In this document: positions 26,701 through 40,063 of the stretch, piece by piece
Layout of the letters: each line of letters begins with the position of its first letter
Position numbering within the stretch: position 1 is the stretch's first letter
Source of the DNA: Vitrella brassicaformis CCMP3155
Taxonomy: Eukaryota; Protista; Chromerida
Length of the DNA: 64,000 nucleotides
Assembly (NCBI GenBank): GCA_001179505.1
Contig: CDMY01000284.1
Coordinates: 76,831 to 140,830 of the forward strand
Direction: 5' to 3'
The notes under the pieces: model-generated
What the model saw: only the letters and a program-made list of their open reading frames with translations
What the model was told of the DNA's origin: nothing
The model's database searches: none
Program-made: the position numbers and the translations under genes

Positions 26701-26757
26701 CTGCACTCAATCGAGGAGTCAGCAATCATATGTTGCTTTGTGTGTTGTGTTTGTCAG

Positions 26758-29410
26758 ATGAAGCGTGGCTTCCTGTCGCCGAAGGCGGAGCAGAGGGCTG
26801 CAGCTGCCGCATCGACTGCCGAGGAATCAGTCAGTCCTCAGCGAAAACGAAAGGTACAACGCACACTGACGTTCCTGAAATGCCCGCAAATGACTGACAA
26901 ATTGCTCGGTCTGTGTGTTCGCCCAGGCGAGGCCTCCTCCTCGTGTGTCTGCGGCCATCAAACGGCAGTTTCCCCACCTCGAGCATGCCTGCGGCCGGCC
27001 ACTCCTTCTGCTGCAGGCTTCCCTCGGCCCCTCGCTGTTTCTCACTCCCACCCCCGCCAAGGCCCGGTGTCTGGTCATCGACTTCGCCCACAGAAACACC
27101 CGCCGCATGTGGGAAGCGGTCTCACTTGAGGTCGCATATCAGTGGGGGATGGCTGCAGTGACTCTCGAGAAGCTGGTGGTCCGCTATCCGAAGCCGGCGG
27201 TGTCGCGGCGGGAGCGCAGCAATGCACCGATGTGGTGCATGGGCGTGTGGGTGGCGATACTGGAGGGGCACGCCCACGGGCGGCAGCAAGCCATCGCCGT
27301 CAAGAACAAGGCAGACAAGCGGCCCGGTGACACCAACGATCTGATAGAGATCAGCACGGGCGTGCCGGTGCCTGCGGAGCTGATGCAGCCAATGCACACC
27401 AGTGGCGTACCATTGGCTTCAGCGCTACCAGCACTTGGACACAACACGTCGCAGGCAAGTCGTCAAGTGACGGTGTGTACGTCATGATGGAAATTGTGCG
27501 TGTGTGTTTCCTTCAGCCGTCGGGCGTGTGCTCCCGAACGGCGTCGGCAGCAGCTTCCAATGGGTCGCTGCGGGTACTGGAGTTCGAGGCGGTGGACATT
27601 GGAGGTCCACAGGAGTGGGAGAGAGGAGACGGTGATGTGGCCCCATCTTCGCAGCCCCTCCCTCCCAAGACTGATGGCGCTGTCCCTCCTCGCATCCTTC
27701 CCGTTCACCTGCCGGCCCTCACGGAAGAGGAAGAAGAAGAAGAAGAAGAAGAAGATAATAATAATAATAATGATGATGATAGTGTTAACGGTGATGACAA
27801 CGGTGATGCCAATGCGGTGACCTCTTCACAGCCCCTCCCTCCCAAGACTGATGGTGGTGTCCCTCCCCGCATCCTTCCCGTCTACCTGCCGGCCCTCACG
27901 GAGGTCCGCAACATGCCCGTCGAAGTCGCAAACGTGCGGATGGATCGCTCTTGGTACGACCAATCAACAGCACAGAGAGGGAGAGAGCAGGAGGGAGAGG
28001 GATGGGGCACTTGATGGGATACGTTGTGTATGTGTAGGCACACACCTCAGATCAAAGTCCTCACCTTCACCAAACTTCCCACAGTCATCTTGTCTGCACG
28101 AGGATGTCGGCGCTGAGTGGGTGCGGGGCTGCACGAGCCTGGAGGCGCTGGTGTGCGACGACTCCGGCAACGGCGACGGCATGGTGATACGGGCCATGCT
28201 GGCTGAGCTGCCTGCAGACGGCAAGTCGTTGGAAGGTCTGCGAGAGCTCGGCAACATCTACCTGTATGGGGCCGAAGTTGGCGAAATTCAGCAACTGGAG
28301 CATGCTCTCACCTCGCGGGGCTGCATGAACAGGCTGACTAAGCTATGCATCGACACGGGCGTGATACTGCGCATGGACGTTCAAGGAGACGTCGACAACC
28401 TGATAATGCTCGACCATCTCGTGTAAGCAAGCAGGACAGAGGAGGCAACAAAAGGGCTGCACGATTGTCTGTGTGCCTCGTATGCCACCAGGACGGCTGT
28501 CGTTGACCCAGAGGCGTTGCTGACCGGCGGTGTCGAGTGGGTTGACTTGGGTGAAGACGATCGGGATGCCTGGGATCGGGAAGCAGAACTGTCGGTCGAG
28601 TTGCTGTCGTGGGCGCGGGCTAAGTCCCCGTTCCTTCGGTATCACATAGAGCAGTTCGCCCGCATCGTCCCCCGCGTCATCTATCATGGCCTACCCGAAC
28701 CGAACGAGCTCGCCGCGACCGCCATAACACCATCGACCTTCCCCCGAGCTGACTGCTTCCACCTGTGTGCCGAGTCGCTGACGCCCGACACGATGCAACG
28801 CGCCGTGTCCGTGGCGACGGCAATCGGCAAAAACTACATCCGCGTGTCTGGGAAGGTAGATGTAGATGCGGCTCCCAGGGAAGCGGCTGTCGAGTTCCTC
28901 AAGGCACTACAAGCAGCCCGGCTCAACGAGGGCGGCGAGACGGCACTGGACGTCTTGTATTACTTGTCGCTGGGCGACGAGGAGGTGGGATCCTTATGGG
29001 AGACGCACGCCGCCGAAGTGTCCCCGATCAGATGCCTGGAGCTGTGGATTACCGGTGGGTACAGACACGTGGCTATGGAGAGGGTCCTGTGCATGCGTGT
29101 CGATGTGCGCCGCTCAGATATGATTCCACAAGGCGCCTCAGACAACGAGCGTCGAGCCTTCATCGAGACCGTCAGCAAGAACCTCCTGGCGATGCTCAAG
29201 GCGTCCACCCGCCTCGGTGGCCATCGAGAGACGCACGTCCGGTTCTTCTTGCCTCCATGGTTTGTGCGCCATGGGGATGTGAGTGACTACTTTGCGCGGC
29301 ACCACCTGTCAGACGACTTCGACGAGACGCCTTACACCTTTGATGGCACGTCCCTGAGCCTGCGCAGGCGCAGCGCAGGTGGGGAAGCGAACGAGGGAAG
29401 GGGAGGATGA
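26758..29410 (+). CDS. LRR-like lineage-expanded family protein (paralogue of the 22.5-26.7 kb gene)
   Basis: LVIDFAHRNTRRMW...WCMGVWVAILEGHAHGR, GSLRVLEFE, LPALTEV, CTSLEALVC. In-frame GT-AG joins run to TGA at 29410. Confidence 0.7.
27640..27903 (+). repeat. About 85-bp direct repeat flanking (GAA)n-(AAT)n-(GAT)n tracts inside an exon
   Basis: SSQPLPPKTDGxVPPRILPVxLPALTE occurs twice around poly-E/N/D. Confidence 0.9.
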
Positions 29411-29422
29411 TTCATTGTCTTC

Positions 29423-32400
29423 ATTGCCTCCTTTTGTTCAGGAGAGGCTTCTGATTGAGCGCCATTATTTGGTGCGTGCATGCCCCATGCTCGAGTCATG
29501 TCTGTCTGTCTGTCCATGTGAGACGCATGGATACAAACCGGGATTGTCCCTCTTGATCTCTGGGCAATCCCATTAGCTCGCTGCACAGCTAATGGGCAGA
29601 CGCAGAGCAAGAGTGTTTTATCGGGCGGAGTGGCAGACACTGTGGTGATTGGATAATTCGCATTTCGCGTTTGGTTTTCGATCAGCCCATCGATGAATGA
29701 AGGGTCCATCCGCTACACACGCACAGTCGCCAAGCCGAGCAGATCCTCGCACTCGTCACACCACTCACACACATACCAACCATCGAAACCACAGCTCACT
29801 GCTGCCGCCCGCATCTCACCACCACCATCACCACCATCGACATGACGCCTCCCAGCCATCTCCTCATCTGCGTCATGCACTTGGTCCACCATCGGGTTGC
29901 CCCCTCCCTCTTGCTGCTGCTGCTGCTCAGGGGCCGCACGCGCACGATTGACACTCACAATGGGGTCGTCAGGTATGGCCTGCTGCTGCTGGTGGAACGC
30001 CTGGGCGAGTGTGTGCGTCCGTTGCCATTTGCTGACTCGCCGGTTGAGAGAGACCACATCAGGTGCCTGGGACCCCCGCAGCTCCATGGCGGTCGTGTAT
30101 GCGGCAAGGAAGGTGGCCGCTCGGTTGGTGACGGCCTCCTTGCTGGCCGCCGATAGCTTGACGGGCTTCGGTGTTGGTGCTGGTGTTGGTGCTGGTGTTG
30201 GTGCTGGCGGCCGCACAGACGTCTGCTGCCGCTTTGGTGCCGGTGCGGCGGCTGGTGGTGGGGCCGGCTGGTCGTCGCCCTCGAGCATCTGCTCCAGGAA
30301 GTCCTCCACTTCTTCTTCATCCTCCTCCTCTTCATGATCTCGTTCTTGTCTTTGCTCTTGGTCGCCTCTCTCCCGCTGGTCCTGCTGGTCTATCGGCATC
30401 TCTGTCTCTACCTCGTCCATCGCTTGACACTGTGCTTCGTCGACGAAAGGCTCCTCGTGCGGCTGCCGAAGGGCTCCTGTCTGCCGACTCGCCTCGGCCG
30501 CGATGGTGTGGATGGTGGAGACGAGGGCAAGACGGAGGGGCTCTGCAGCCATGGGGCTGCACATGACGGAAGTGGCGTCCTTGACAAGACAGTCCTGGTC
30601 GGCAATGTCAGCCGAGAGGGCGAGAGACGCCATGGCCATGCGCATGACCCCCGGCAGAGCGGAGGGCGGGTGAGAGGGGACACCACGACGGTGCACACCT
30701 GCACACAAAGCGACGACACATGAGTAGTGAGTGTCGGTATCGACAAGGGCGGGGTGCTGGGGGCCAGTGTACCTCTGAGTGTCCATTCGCCCGATGGGTA
30801 TTGGGGAGGCGCCGATGCCGCCAAAATCACGTCGCCGAGACTCCGCTGCACACATGTGCACACACAAGTCATGATCCACGTGTTGCCTTTGTGACGCCCA
30901 CCCACCCCCCACTGACCATGCAGAGCTGCACGACGCAGTCGTGAAGGATGGAGATCTCCACTGCCGTGGTCTTGCGATGCTTGGCCATCGAGCTCTCCCG
31001 GTCCCGCTTGCCACCCGCATCGGAGAGCGGCCCCTCCCCCTTGCTGCTGCTCCGCCTGTCGGGGGACAGGTCCCTGTCGCGCCGAGAGATATCATACATG
31101 TCGGGCGGCTCGGACGGATCCCGAAGCTCCTCATCCTTGATATGACACACGGAGAGAAGGAATGACACACGGAATGGTCCCTCTCTCTCTCTCTCTCTCT
31201 CTCGTGCCCCACATTCCTGCAGACTCACCTTCTTGGTAGAAGGCGATTCCTGCAGGATGTCCTCGAGCGCGATGATCTCGTTCAAGTCGGTCCCCCCGCC
31301 CATACTCGGCCGCGGCGAAGAGGGCGGCTTGGGCGACATGGAGCCCCGACGGGCCATGGGCGATGGAGAGAGAGGGGGGAATGGCATCGAGTAGGTGCGT
31401 GAGGGGGAGGAAGGCCCGGCGAAGGACAGCTTGTCCATGTCGGGCTCGGTCTCGAACTCCTCGTGGCCGCGAACGATGACGTCCACCAGGCCGTGTGGTG
31501 GGTGTGGGTGTGGGTGCTCTGCTGCCTTTGGCTCGATGAGGTTCATCTGCAGGAAGTGCAGGCATGTGGCGACGTCGCCGACGAGCCGAAGGAGACAGTC
31601 CAGACCGAGGTAGATGATGCCCTGACCACCACCCACCACAGACGGACGGACCCCAAGTGCATTGATTGCCTCTTGTTGGTCTGTCTGACCTGCATGGCGG
31701 CGTACACAGTGGTGTAGGAGTGCTCTCCCGGCCGTTGCAGCACCTCTGCATACCGCTTCTCAACACGCCTGGCCAGGCTCCTCACCTCATTACCCTCCCC
31801 GCCGTCAGACAAGCCAAGGGAAGGCCCATGACTGCACACGTGCAGTGTGTGTGCGTGTGTGTGTGGTCTGGTTAGGTCGTTAATTGGGTGTAGACGTACG
31901 TGAGCAGCAGCCGGGCCACGAGGTCGACGGCGCGCCTCCTCATGTGCAGCAGCAGCCTCAGCTTGTCGGGGTGCGATGCCGCAGCTGCCTTGTCCACAAG
32001 CTGGTCTGCGTGCGTTGAGAGCAACCAACGGTACAGCGTCAAGGTGTATGGCGTTCTAGCGTGTCCCCTGTGTGTCTCGCTCACTCTCGGCCGAAGGGTC
32101 GAGGGCAAAGGTGAGGGCAATGTCAAGCACCTCCTCTGTCTGCACGCACACACGCACCGGACTGTCTAAGGCGCTCCCCCCCCCTCCTCACACACATACG
32201 TGTCTCATGAGCTCCATGTGCAGCGTGGGGTTGTCCAGCAAGCCGCTGAAGGTGCGGAACAGCGCCATGGCGTACTCGACGCTCCTCTCGGGGATCTTGA
32301 GCGTCAGAATCGCCGCCATCTGCAAAGATTCGATCGCACAAGACACAACAGAGACAACAGAGAGAGCAGGTCAGGTGTGGCATGCGGTGAACGAGCGAGG

Positions 32401-33822
32401 CCTTGTGTGTGCACCCGGCCTCCTCTGCAAAAAACACGCTGGGTGTCGGTGTTCGCACTTCAGTTTGCGCAGCCGGCAATGACATGAGTGGGCCAGATGC
32501 AATCAGGCGAGTGCGGCTGGCTGGCTGGCTCGCTGACTACCCATGGGTAGCCCCCACCCCACCTGTGTCCTGGTGAAGTCGAGAACTTCAGGCACCAGCT
32601 GAGCCATCCCACGCCCAAGTGCCAATCGACCGAGCGCTGACAGACAGACGGACAGGTAGAGTAGATGGAGCGAAGGAGCGATGGGCTGTCTCGGTATGAG
32701 TGACTTGTTGGGCGAGGGAATGTGTTTGTGTGGTTTACCGAGCTTGACGTCGTGGTCGTCGAGTGTCGCCGCCCCCTTGGCCACACACCGCAGCTTCTCC
32801 TTGAGCAGCTCCCACTCTGCATTAGCCTCCTGCACACACACACACACACACACAGTAGATGCCCCTCCCTCCCTCCCTCCCTCCTTGTCTGTCCTTTCTC
32901 TCTCTCTCTGCCAGTGCATGCACCCCAGGCACCAGGCTGATGGACACGAGCTCCTCGGTGGGTTTGGGGTGAGACTCTGCAGCTTGGGCGTGTTTGTCGT
33001 GCTTGTCCCTCTTTTTCCTCTCCCTCTCCCTCTCGCGCCACCACCCCCTGCCCTTGACACACGGACCGATCTGTGCGCGACCGCCCCTTCTCAAAGATCG
33101 CTTTGTCGTCGGGGCCGTCGTTGTCTTGGGGCAGTTCTCCGCCGTGCCAGGCATCTCACCGTCGACCACCAGCCACCGGGGGGCCTGCACACACACACAC
33201 ACACACACACACAGAACCACGTTGACACCATTGATACCTACATGTAGACGCAATGGGCAGACAAGACAAAAAGGGCGCTTACAATTCGCTCCTGTGGGGG
33301 ACACGGCGGCATGGGCGAGGCGAGGACACTCGACAGACACACCGCCTGCAATCCAATCAGACGCGACACACACGCAACTCCATCCCTGGTCGTTGCGGAC
33401 GACGTAGGCAGGTACCTTACCTTCTTGACGCATGCAAGCTCCTCTCCGCCATTGGCCGGGCCAGCGGTACTAGGCAGAGGCCTGCGCTCGTAGAGCGGCG
33501 CCGACGGGTGTGGGTGTGGGATGCCGCCCAGGACAATGGCGTCTTGGTCCTGTGATTGCAGGAGGAAGTTGATGTGGTGGGGCGAGAGGGCCCTGGTCAG
33601 GTCGACGGTCCACCTCTCAAGCACCATCTTCACTTGCTTGCGGAGCTGGCTCTCGACGAAGACGGCCAGCTCCCGCGCGGCGGCCCGGTTGACAGAGAAA
33701 CCCTGCAGCAGAGCCATCCGCTCGGCCAGCATCGGGGAGAGCGAAAACCGCGGCCCAGGGAAACCATCATCTCCATGGGCGGCGGTCTTGATGGCCCTGC
33801 TCCCCCTGGCTGGCGCACGCAT
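29423..33822 (-). CDS. TAF6: Divergent TFIID subunit 6 (histone fold + HEAT domain) with long low-complexity C-terminus
   Basis: Histone-fold-like LAERMALLQGFSVNRAAARELAVFVESQLRK...LSPHHINFLL. PRWLVVDGEMPGTAENCP matches AHWLxIEGxQPAIPENP; GLLDNPTLHME matches ALMDNPTLYLE; SYTTVYAAMQ|GIIYLG matches TTRYGSIAGLAELG. The last exon is tentative. Confidence 0.8.
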
Positions 33823-34377
33823 CGGTGCTGCCGCTGCTGCTGGGGTCCGCTTGCTGCCCCTGCCCTTTGCTTTTTTGTTGATGGGCCTCGGCCGTCGGGC
33901 GAAGAATGGCGGCTCGGCAAGGAGGAAATGGTGGGTGTGGTACTGGGGGGCCGATGACGCGTCTGCGTCAGCATCTGGTAGGTCCCATGCGCCCGCCAGG
34001 CTGCCTGACGTCGTCCACTGCCAGCACCCCAGCGGCTAACGAACGCATAGAGAGAGCAACACACGGACATTCCATTCATGCCGCAACAGAAAGCCCCCCG
34101 CCCCTCTCTCATCTCACATACTCCGTTCCACGACGGCAGAGCAGTGTACACCTCGCCAGCCGCCAGAACGAACAGAGGGCCCACCACGCGCACAAACCGC
34201 TCCGCCTCCCGACCACACGGCACACCCATGGCTGGGGCTATGGCTGTGTGTGTGGTGTCGGTGTCGCCCAGGAGGTTCTCGGCTCGCACACACGTGTCGC
34301 GAACGTTCCTTCAATCAAACAGCAACAGGCAGGCAGGCCGCGGTTGCGATGGATCAAGATGCAGTGAAGGCTCCATC

Positions 34378-36516
34378 TCACCTGAGTATCCGGCGCGAGG
34401 CCTGGAAGGCCCTGGCGCGCATATCGGCGAGCACACCGGTGCCGCTGCTGCTGCCTGTGGGTGGGGGTGGTGCGTCGGCCTCGTCAGCCATAAAGGGGGC
34501 GAGACCCGCCGGCCGCTGACGCTTCGATGGGCCTGCACGATGCTTGCAGCCACACAGTGACTGACAGGCAGGACCTTGCGTCTTTTCCTTTTTTCCTCTC
34601 TGCGCACCTGCTTTGAGGCTGGTCTTCGGCGTGGTCCTCAGGTGTGCCCGCAGCTCTTGTTGGGACCCGCCGCTCTCGTCCATGACGGTCTCAGCAACGT
34701 CGAAGCGCACAGCGATGGAGAGAGATGACGGCTGGTCGCTGTCGGCGTGTGTGGGGCGGAAGCCGACGAGCTGGACGGAGACCTTCCAGATGCCGATCGG
34801 CGCACTGAAGGGGCAGCCCTGTGACGTACACACACACACGTGATGTGATGTTGACCTATGCGGCCGTATGTCGCTCGCTTACCCAAGGCGCATCGGGGCC
34901 TTCCACCCTCTCGGCCATGACCCTCCCCCACACCAGCCCCATCTGCGTCTGAGCCTGCCGCATCAGCACCACCGCCTCCACACTCATGTCCAGCCACAGC
35001 TGCGGCAGCGGGGCCGCAGATAGGGAGCCGCCATCTCGCCTCGCCGCTCCCCCACCACCCCCTCCCTCCCGCACTTGTTCAAGGTAGGTGCGCCAGTCGC
35101 CCTCGCCGTTCTCGAACCTAATCGTGGCCTCCTCCTTCTCCCGTGGCATGGTCTTCCTGGGCCTGTTGGCTTCCGGTGGTCGGTCCATGATTTCACGCTG
35201 CTGAGCTCGCGCGTCATCGACTGCCGACTGCCACAGAGGGGCGGGGGCGGGTATGTCTTGGCTCGCTGCTGCTGCTGCTGTTGGTGATGGTGCTGATGGG
35301 AGCGGCCGAAAGCCGGACGACAGCAGCCGCTGTTGCCATGAGTCAGGCAGCGACGCAGCCACCGGCAATGAGGGCAGCTGGACGTTGAGAAGGACTGGTG
35401 GGTGCTGCCTGGTCCTGGGGTCGTCAGAGGGACGTCCGGGCGACACCACACGAGCCTGCCGGGTGTCAACCGGGGGCGGGGCAGGGGCTGGGAGTCGGAG
35501 TGGGGGTGCAGGCGGGGCGGTCATGGCGTGTGTGCTGTGCGTCTTGGGCACCTTCGCCGGCCTCCGTTGCTGCGACGCCTTTCGTGGCGCAATCGGCTTC
35601 CTTTTGTGCCTCAGAAGACCTGGCAAAGACACAACAGACAGGGGTCCGTCCATTCCAGGTGCGTGTGTGTACCTTACCTTGAGCAACGGCGTTTGCCTTT
35701 GCGACATGCCCCTCCATGTCCCCTGTCGGTGGCTGGAAGAACTCCCTCACCTGGGCGTCGATCCGCTTGGCCACCTTGATCTTCCACTCGTGGCTGCTGT
35801 CCCGGCCCCTCTTGCCGGCACCCACACTCACCGTCTCCATCTCTCTTGCCTCCTCGCCCTCACGCACCATCTCACGGACGGCCATCCGCTCGGCAAGTAG
35901 CATCTTCAGACGCAGTGCCGATGCGCTGTTGATGTCCAGCCGTCCCTCGGCAGAGGGGGGCTTGATGACCTCTCTGTCTGCTGATGTGGGTCGTTGAAGT
36001 GTGTGTCGCGCGATGGCGTCACTCATGGCCTGCTGCACCCACTCGGCCCGCTCTCGCGCGTCCATGACCGCTGCTGGTGTGGCGGTGTGGATGGGCACTG
36101 AGCGGCATAGGTACTCGTTGGTGCTGCTCAGGGTGTCGGCAGGGAGGGTGCACTCGACGATGACCAGCCATGAGAGGGGGTCTCGCAGCAGCTTCAGGCC
36201 GTCCACCTGGTCGACAACCACACCCGACAGCATACCATACACACACACAGAGGCAGACAGTTGTGCATCGCCCTCCCTCTCTCTCTGTGAGTGGGGTTGG
36301 TGCATCGGCTAGGCTGCTCACCTGTGGCAGCTGGTCGATACAGGCGAGCACATCGGGCGGCAGGGTCCCCCTGTGGTGCTCTCTATCACCATCCATGTCG
36401 ACGTCATGCATCAGGTTGTGGTCCTGAGGATGAGTGCCGTTGACCATGCCGCCACTCATCGGGGAGCCTCTCTTGCCGGCGGCTGTCCCAGCCATGTGCG
36501 CAGCGCCGACCATGCC
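34378..36516 (-). CDS. Hypothetical protein (possible beta-rich/C2-like segments)
   Basis: Exons of roughly 0.3-0.7 kb linked by CA/GT-repeat introns, e.g. VVVDQVDGLKLLRDPLSWLVIVECTLP and IGIWKVSVQLVGF. No family recognised. Confidence 0.55.
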
Positions 36517-36670
36517 AATGCGACTGAGCACGGTTGCGAATGCGGCCAGATCACTTGATGCGCAGCCAGAGGGATTGATGCATCTTCAACGATTCTTCAT
36601 TCCCGTGGTGCTGCGGGGAGTCCTGGGCAGCGAAAAGAGGATGCAGCATCGCCATTACCTCGCACTCGTC

Positions 36671-36682
36671 TGCGAGCTGAGC
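36671..36682 (+). promoter_or_regulatory. TGCGAGCTGAGC motif
   Basis: 11/12 match to TGCGAGCTTAGC, midway between divergent ATGs 36516 and 36835. Confidence 0.45.
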
Positions 36683-36834
36683 CAGCAGGGGAAGACGTTC
36701 ACGTCAGCTTAGCGTCATCCGCTCCCTCCCTGACAGCCAGCCCCGAGCCCCTGACTCATCCCTCCCTTCTCGCCCCTCATCTTGCTTTCTCCATCCCACA
36801 GAGGCAGTCAGTCGCCGTAGCCCCACTGTGTGAG

Positions 36835-39382
36835 ATGCGGGGGTACACCAAGGTGCGCGACGTGGGCAAGGGGTCCTTCGGCCAGGCCATTCTCGTGGCT
36901 GATGCGGACGGCAAACAGTGAGTTCGAAGGGACAGCTGGAGGGGGTGGGGGGAGAAGGGAGAGGGGAGGGAGGCGCCTGGCGAGAATGGGGCGTTTGGTT
37001 GCGTATCTGTCAGGTTTATCATGAAGATAATTGACATATCGAGGATGGGCTCTAAGGAGAGAAAGGAGGCCATCAACGAGGCGGGCACCCAAGACAGACA
37101 GACAAGACACGCAGGAACGAACATCTGTGTGTCTGTGTGTCTGTGTCTGTGTGTGTGTGTGTGTGTGTCTGGTGGCAGGTGAAGGTGCTGTCGTCTCTGA
37201 AGCACCCTTACATCATCTCCTACCGAGAGAGCTTCATCGAGAACGGACAGCTCTGCATCGTCATGGACTACGCTGAGGGTGCGGTGGCTGGCCGGGGACT
37301 GCACTGCACAGCACAACCACCGTGCGTGTGTGTCTGTTGGTTGTCTTGTGTTGTGTTGTGTTGTGTTAGGTGGCGATCTGTACCACAAGATCCAGAAGCA
37401 GAAGAAGACCAGCCAATACTTCAGGTGACTCACACAACTGCCCCACCTGCCCACTCATGGATGTGTGTGTGTGTGTGTGTGTGATTGACAGCGAGTCGCA
37501 GATCCTCCGCTGGTTCACGCAGGCGGCCCTCTCGCTCAAGTACATGCACGACAAACACATCCTTCACAGAGGTCAGCCACTCGACAAACACACACAAAGG
37601 GGCAAAGAGAGAGGGAGAGAGAGAAGGAGAGAGAGACGTTATGGGCGGTTTGGCTTAAAACACTTGACTTGACTTGTTGTGACAGACATCAAGACTCAGA
37701 ACTTCTTCCTGACGGCGTCAGGTCGTCTGCGCGTCGGCGACTTCGGCATCAGCAAAGTGCTCGAGTCGACCATGGCCTTCGCGCAGACCACCATCGGCAC
37801 ACCCTACTACCTCTCACCCGAAATTTGCAAGGCACGCTCAGAGCACACACACACACACACACAGACAAAGAGGGAGAGGGAGGGGGAGGGGGAGCGAGGA
37901 AAAATGTGTGACGTGCTTCTTAAGGCCCTTTGTTCTTTCTGCAGGAGCAGCCATACTCATGGGCGTCGGACATCTGGGCACTGGGGTGCGTGCTGTACGA
38001 GATGGTAAGGAAGGATGCAGCACAGCAACGCCCTCGCTCTGTTTCGTCTTGCATCGCTGCAGCTTCCCCCCTCCCTCCCTCCATCCATGTGTGTGTGTGG
38101 CATGCCACTACACTGTGCAGGCGTGTTTGCGTGTGCCGTTTGACGCCCAGAACCTCCGGTCACTCGTCGACAAGATCACCAGAGGACCGGTACGTGCGTT
38201 CGCAACCGCCAAGACATCCACACAATGCACCTACCTATGTTGGCTGTGTGTGTCGTGTCTTGTGTGCAGACGCCCACCTTGCCGAGCAGCTACTCCGCCG
38301 GGCTGCGTCAGCTGCTGGCCGACTGCCTGCAGCGCGACCCCCGCAAGCGCCCCTCGGCCGCAGAGCTCCTGCAGAAGGACATCATTCAGGTAAAAGAGGG
38401 AGGGAGGGAGGACAGAGCCAAACAGCACAACGGGAGCGGGAGAGAGAGGGACAGGACATCAACTGTGTGTGTGTGTGTGTGTTAAGGGTGAGATCCGGCG
38501 CATGTTGAAGGAGGAGCAGCTCAAGAAGGGCCAGCAGGGGGGCGGGCACAACGGCGGCGACAGCAAGGTGAGACTAACGACACCCTGAAGCCACCCACTC
38601 ACACACACATGCGCCCGCCCCCCACTCTCTCTCTCTCTCTCTCTCCCCCGTGTGTATGTTGGATGGTCACCATATCTATCAGACTGAGTCAGCGGGCGTG
38701 TCGACGGCCGACACCACCCAGCGCCAGAACAGCAGCGAGGCCACGGAGGGCCCACGAGCAGACGACAACAACAAGCAGCAGGTGGAGCGACAACCCTCTG
38801 GCGGCGGGTCGCGCCACGACACTCCAAACAGAGACCGTAAGTGAGAAGGCCAGGCCATAGCCGCCCCCCCACTCCCTCACCATGTGTGTGTGTGTGTGTG
38901 TGTGTGTGTTGCAGGCCGCCATCCGTCCGCCTTGCCTCTGCCGGTTCCTGCGGTCAACTACGGGGGTGCCGCTGGGGGTGCTGCTGGTGTGCGTCCGGCT
39001 GGGGTGCGCAGCCGGGATGCGTCGCCCGTTGCTGGGGTGCCGTACCACAGACAGGCCACGCCGCCGGGCATGAGACCACGGTGAGTGAGGTGTGGGTGGG
39101 TGGTGATAGGACGGACGTGGTGTGGGGGCGGTGGAGGGAAACACATCTGTGTATGTGTGTGTGGGATGCAGTGCGGTCCGCGACATGAGCCCTTACGGCT
39201 ACCGCAATCCCAGCAGCTACTACTCGCCACGTAGCCAGGTGAATGGGGTGGGTGCCACATACACTACACCCACACAGTCGTGTGTCCATCGAGTCCGCCT
39301 GTGTGTCGGTCAGTACCAGACGCCCAACGCGGCGGCTGGGAAAGCGCATGGCGTCCCGCGGTACCCCGCTGCCGGCAAATAA
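36835..39382 (+). CDS. NIMA-related kinase (NEK1/3/5-like)
   Basis: [34 protein letters not shown]|[50 protein letters not shown]. Confidence 0.95.
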
Positions 39383-40063
39383 GCAGGGCGGCAGGGAGGG
39401 AGGGAGGGAGAGGGGGATGCACACACACATTGCTCGCTCGCAGGATGGTTGGCTGTCTGTCTGGCGAGACTGGTCGGTCGCGTTGGGTGCGTTGCGTTGA
39501 CAGGACAATGAGGGCGCGGCGCGCATGAGTGGATGCCAGACAGACAGACAGACAGATCACGACTCGACTTCATGTGAGTGTTTGTTTGGTCAATGGGTGC
39601 GTACGCAATCACTCGTTTGTTTCTTAGTTTCCAATTGCGCACTGGTAGGTAGGTACTCGACTCGCACTCACTGACCTGACAGGCAGCTGCAGACAGACAG
39701 ACAGGCAGGCAGGCAGGACGGCAGGGAAGGAGAATAGGTCTCCTTGTGTGTGTGTGTGTGTGTGTTAGTGTGGTGCGCGAACGAAGGTCAGGTGACAACT
39801 GGCTGGACTGGCTGGACTGGACTGCACTGACTCGACTCGACAGGTCGCCTGGTCTGCCCTCGCTCGTTTCGTTGGGTGGGACTCACTGACTGTGGACAGA
39901 GACAAATGAAACGACATATGGAGAACCTGGGAAGGCTTGACTGTTGACTGACAAACCACTGGCAGGCACACACGAACGAACTGCACAGGTTCACTCACAC
40001 CCACCCCACACCCCAGCCAGGGTAATCTAATCACATCACACAACTACACTACACTACACCACT

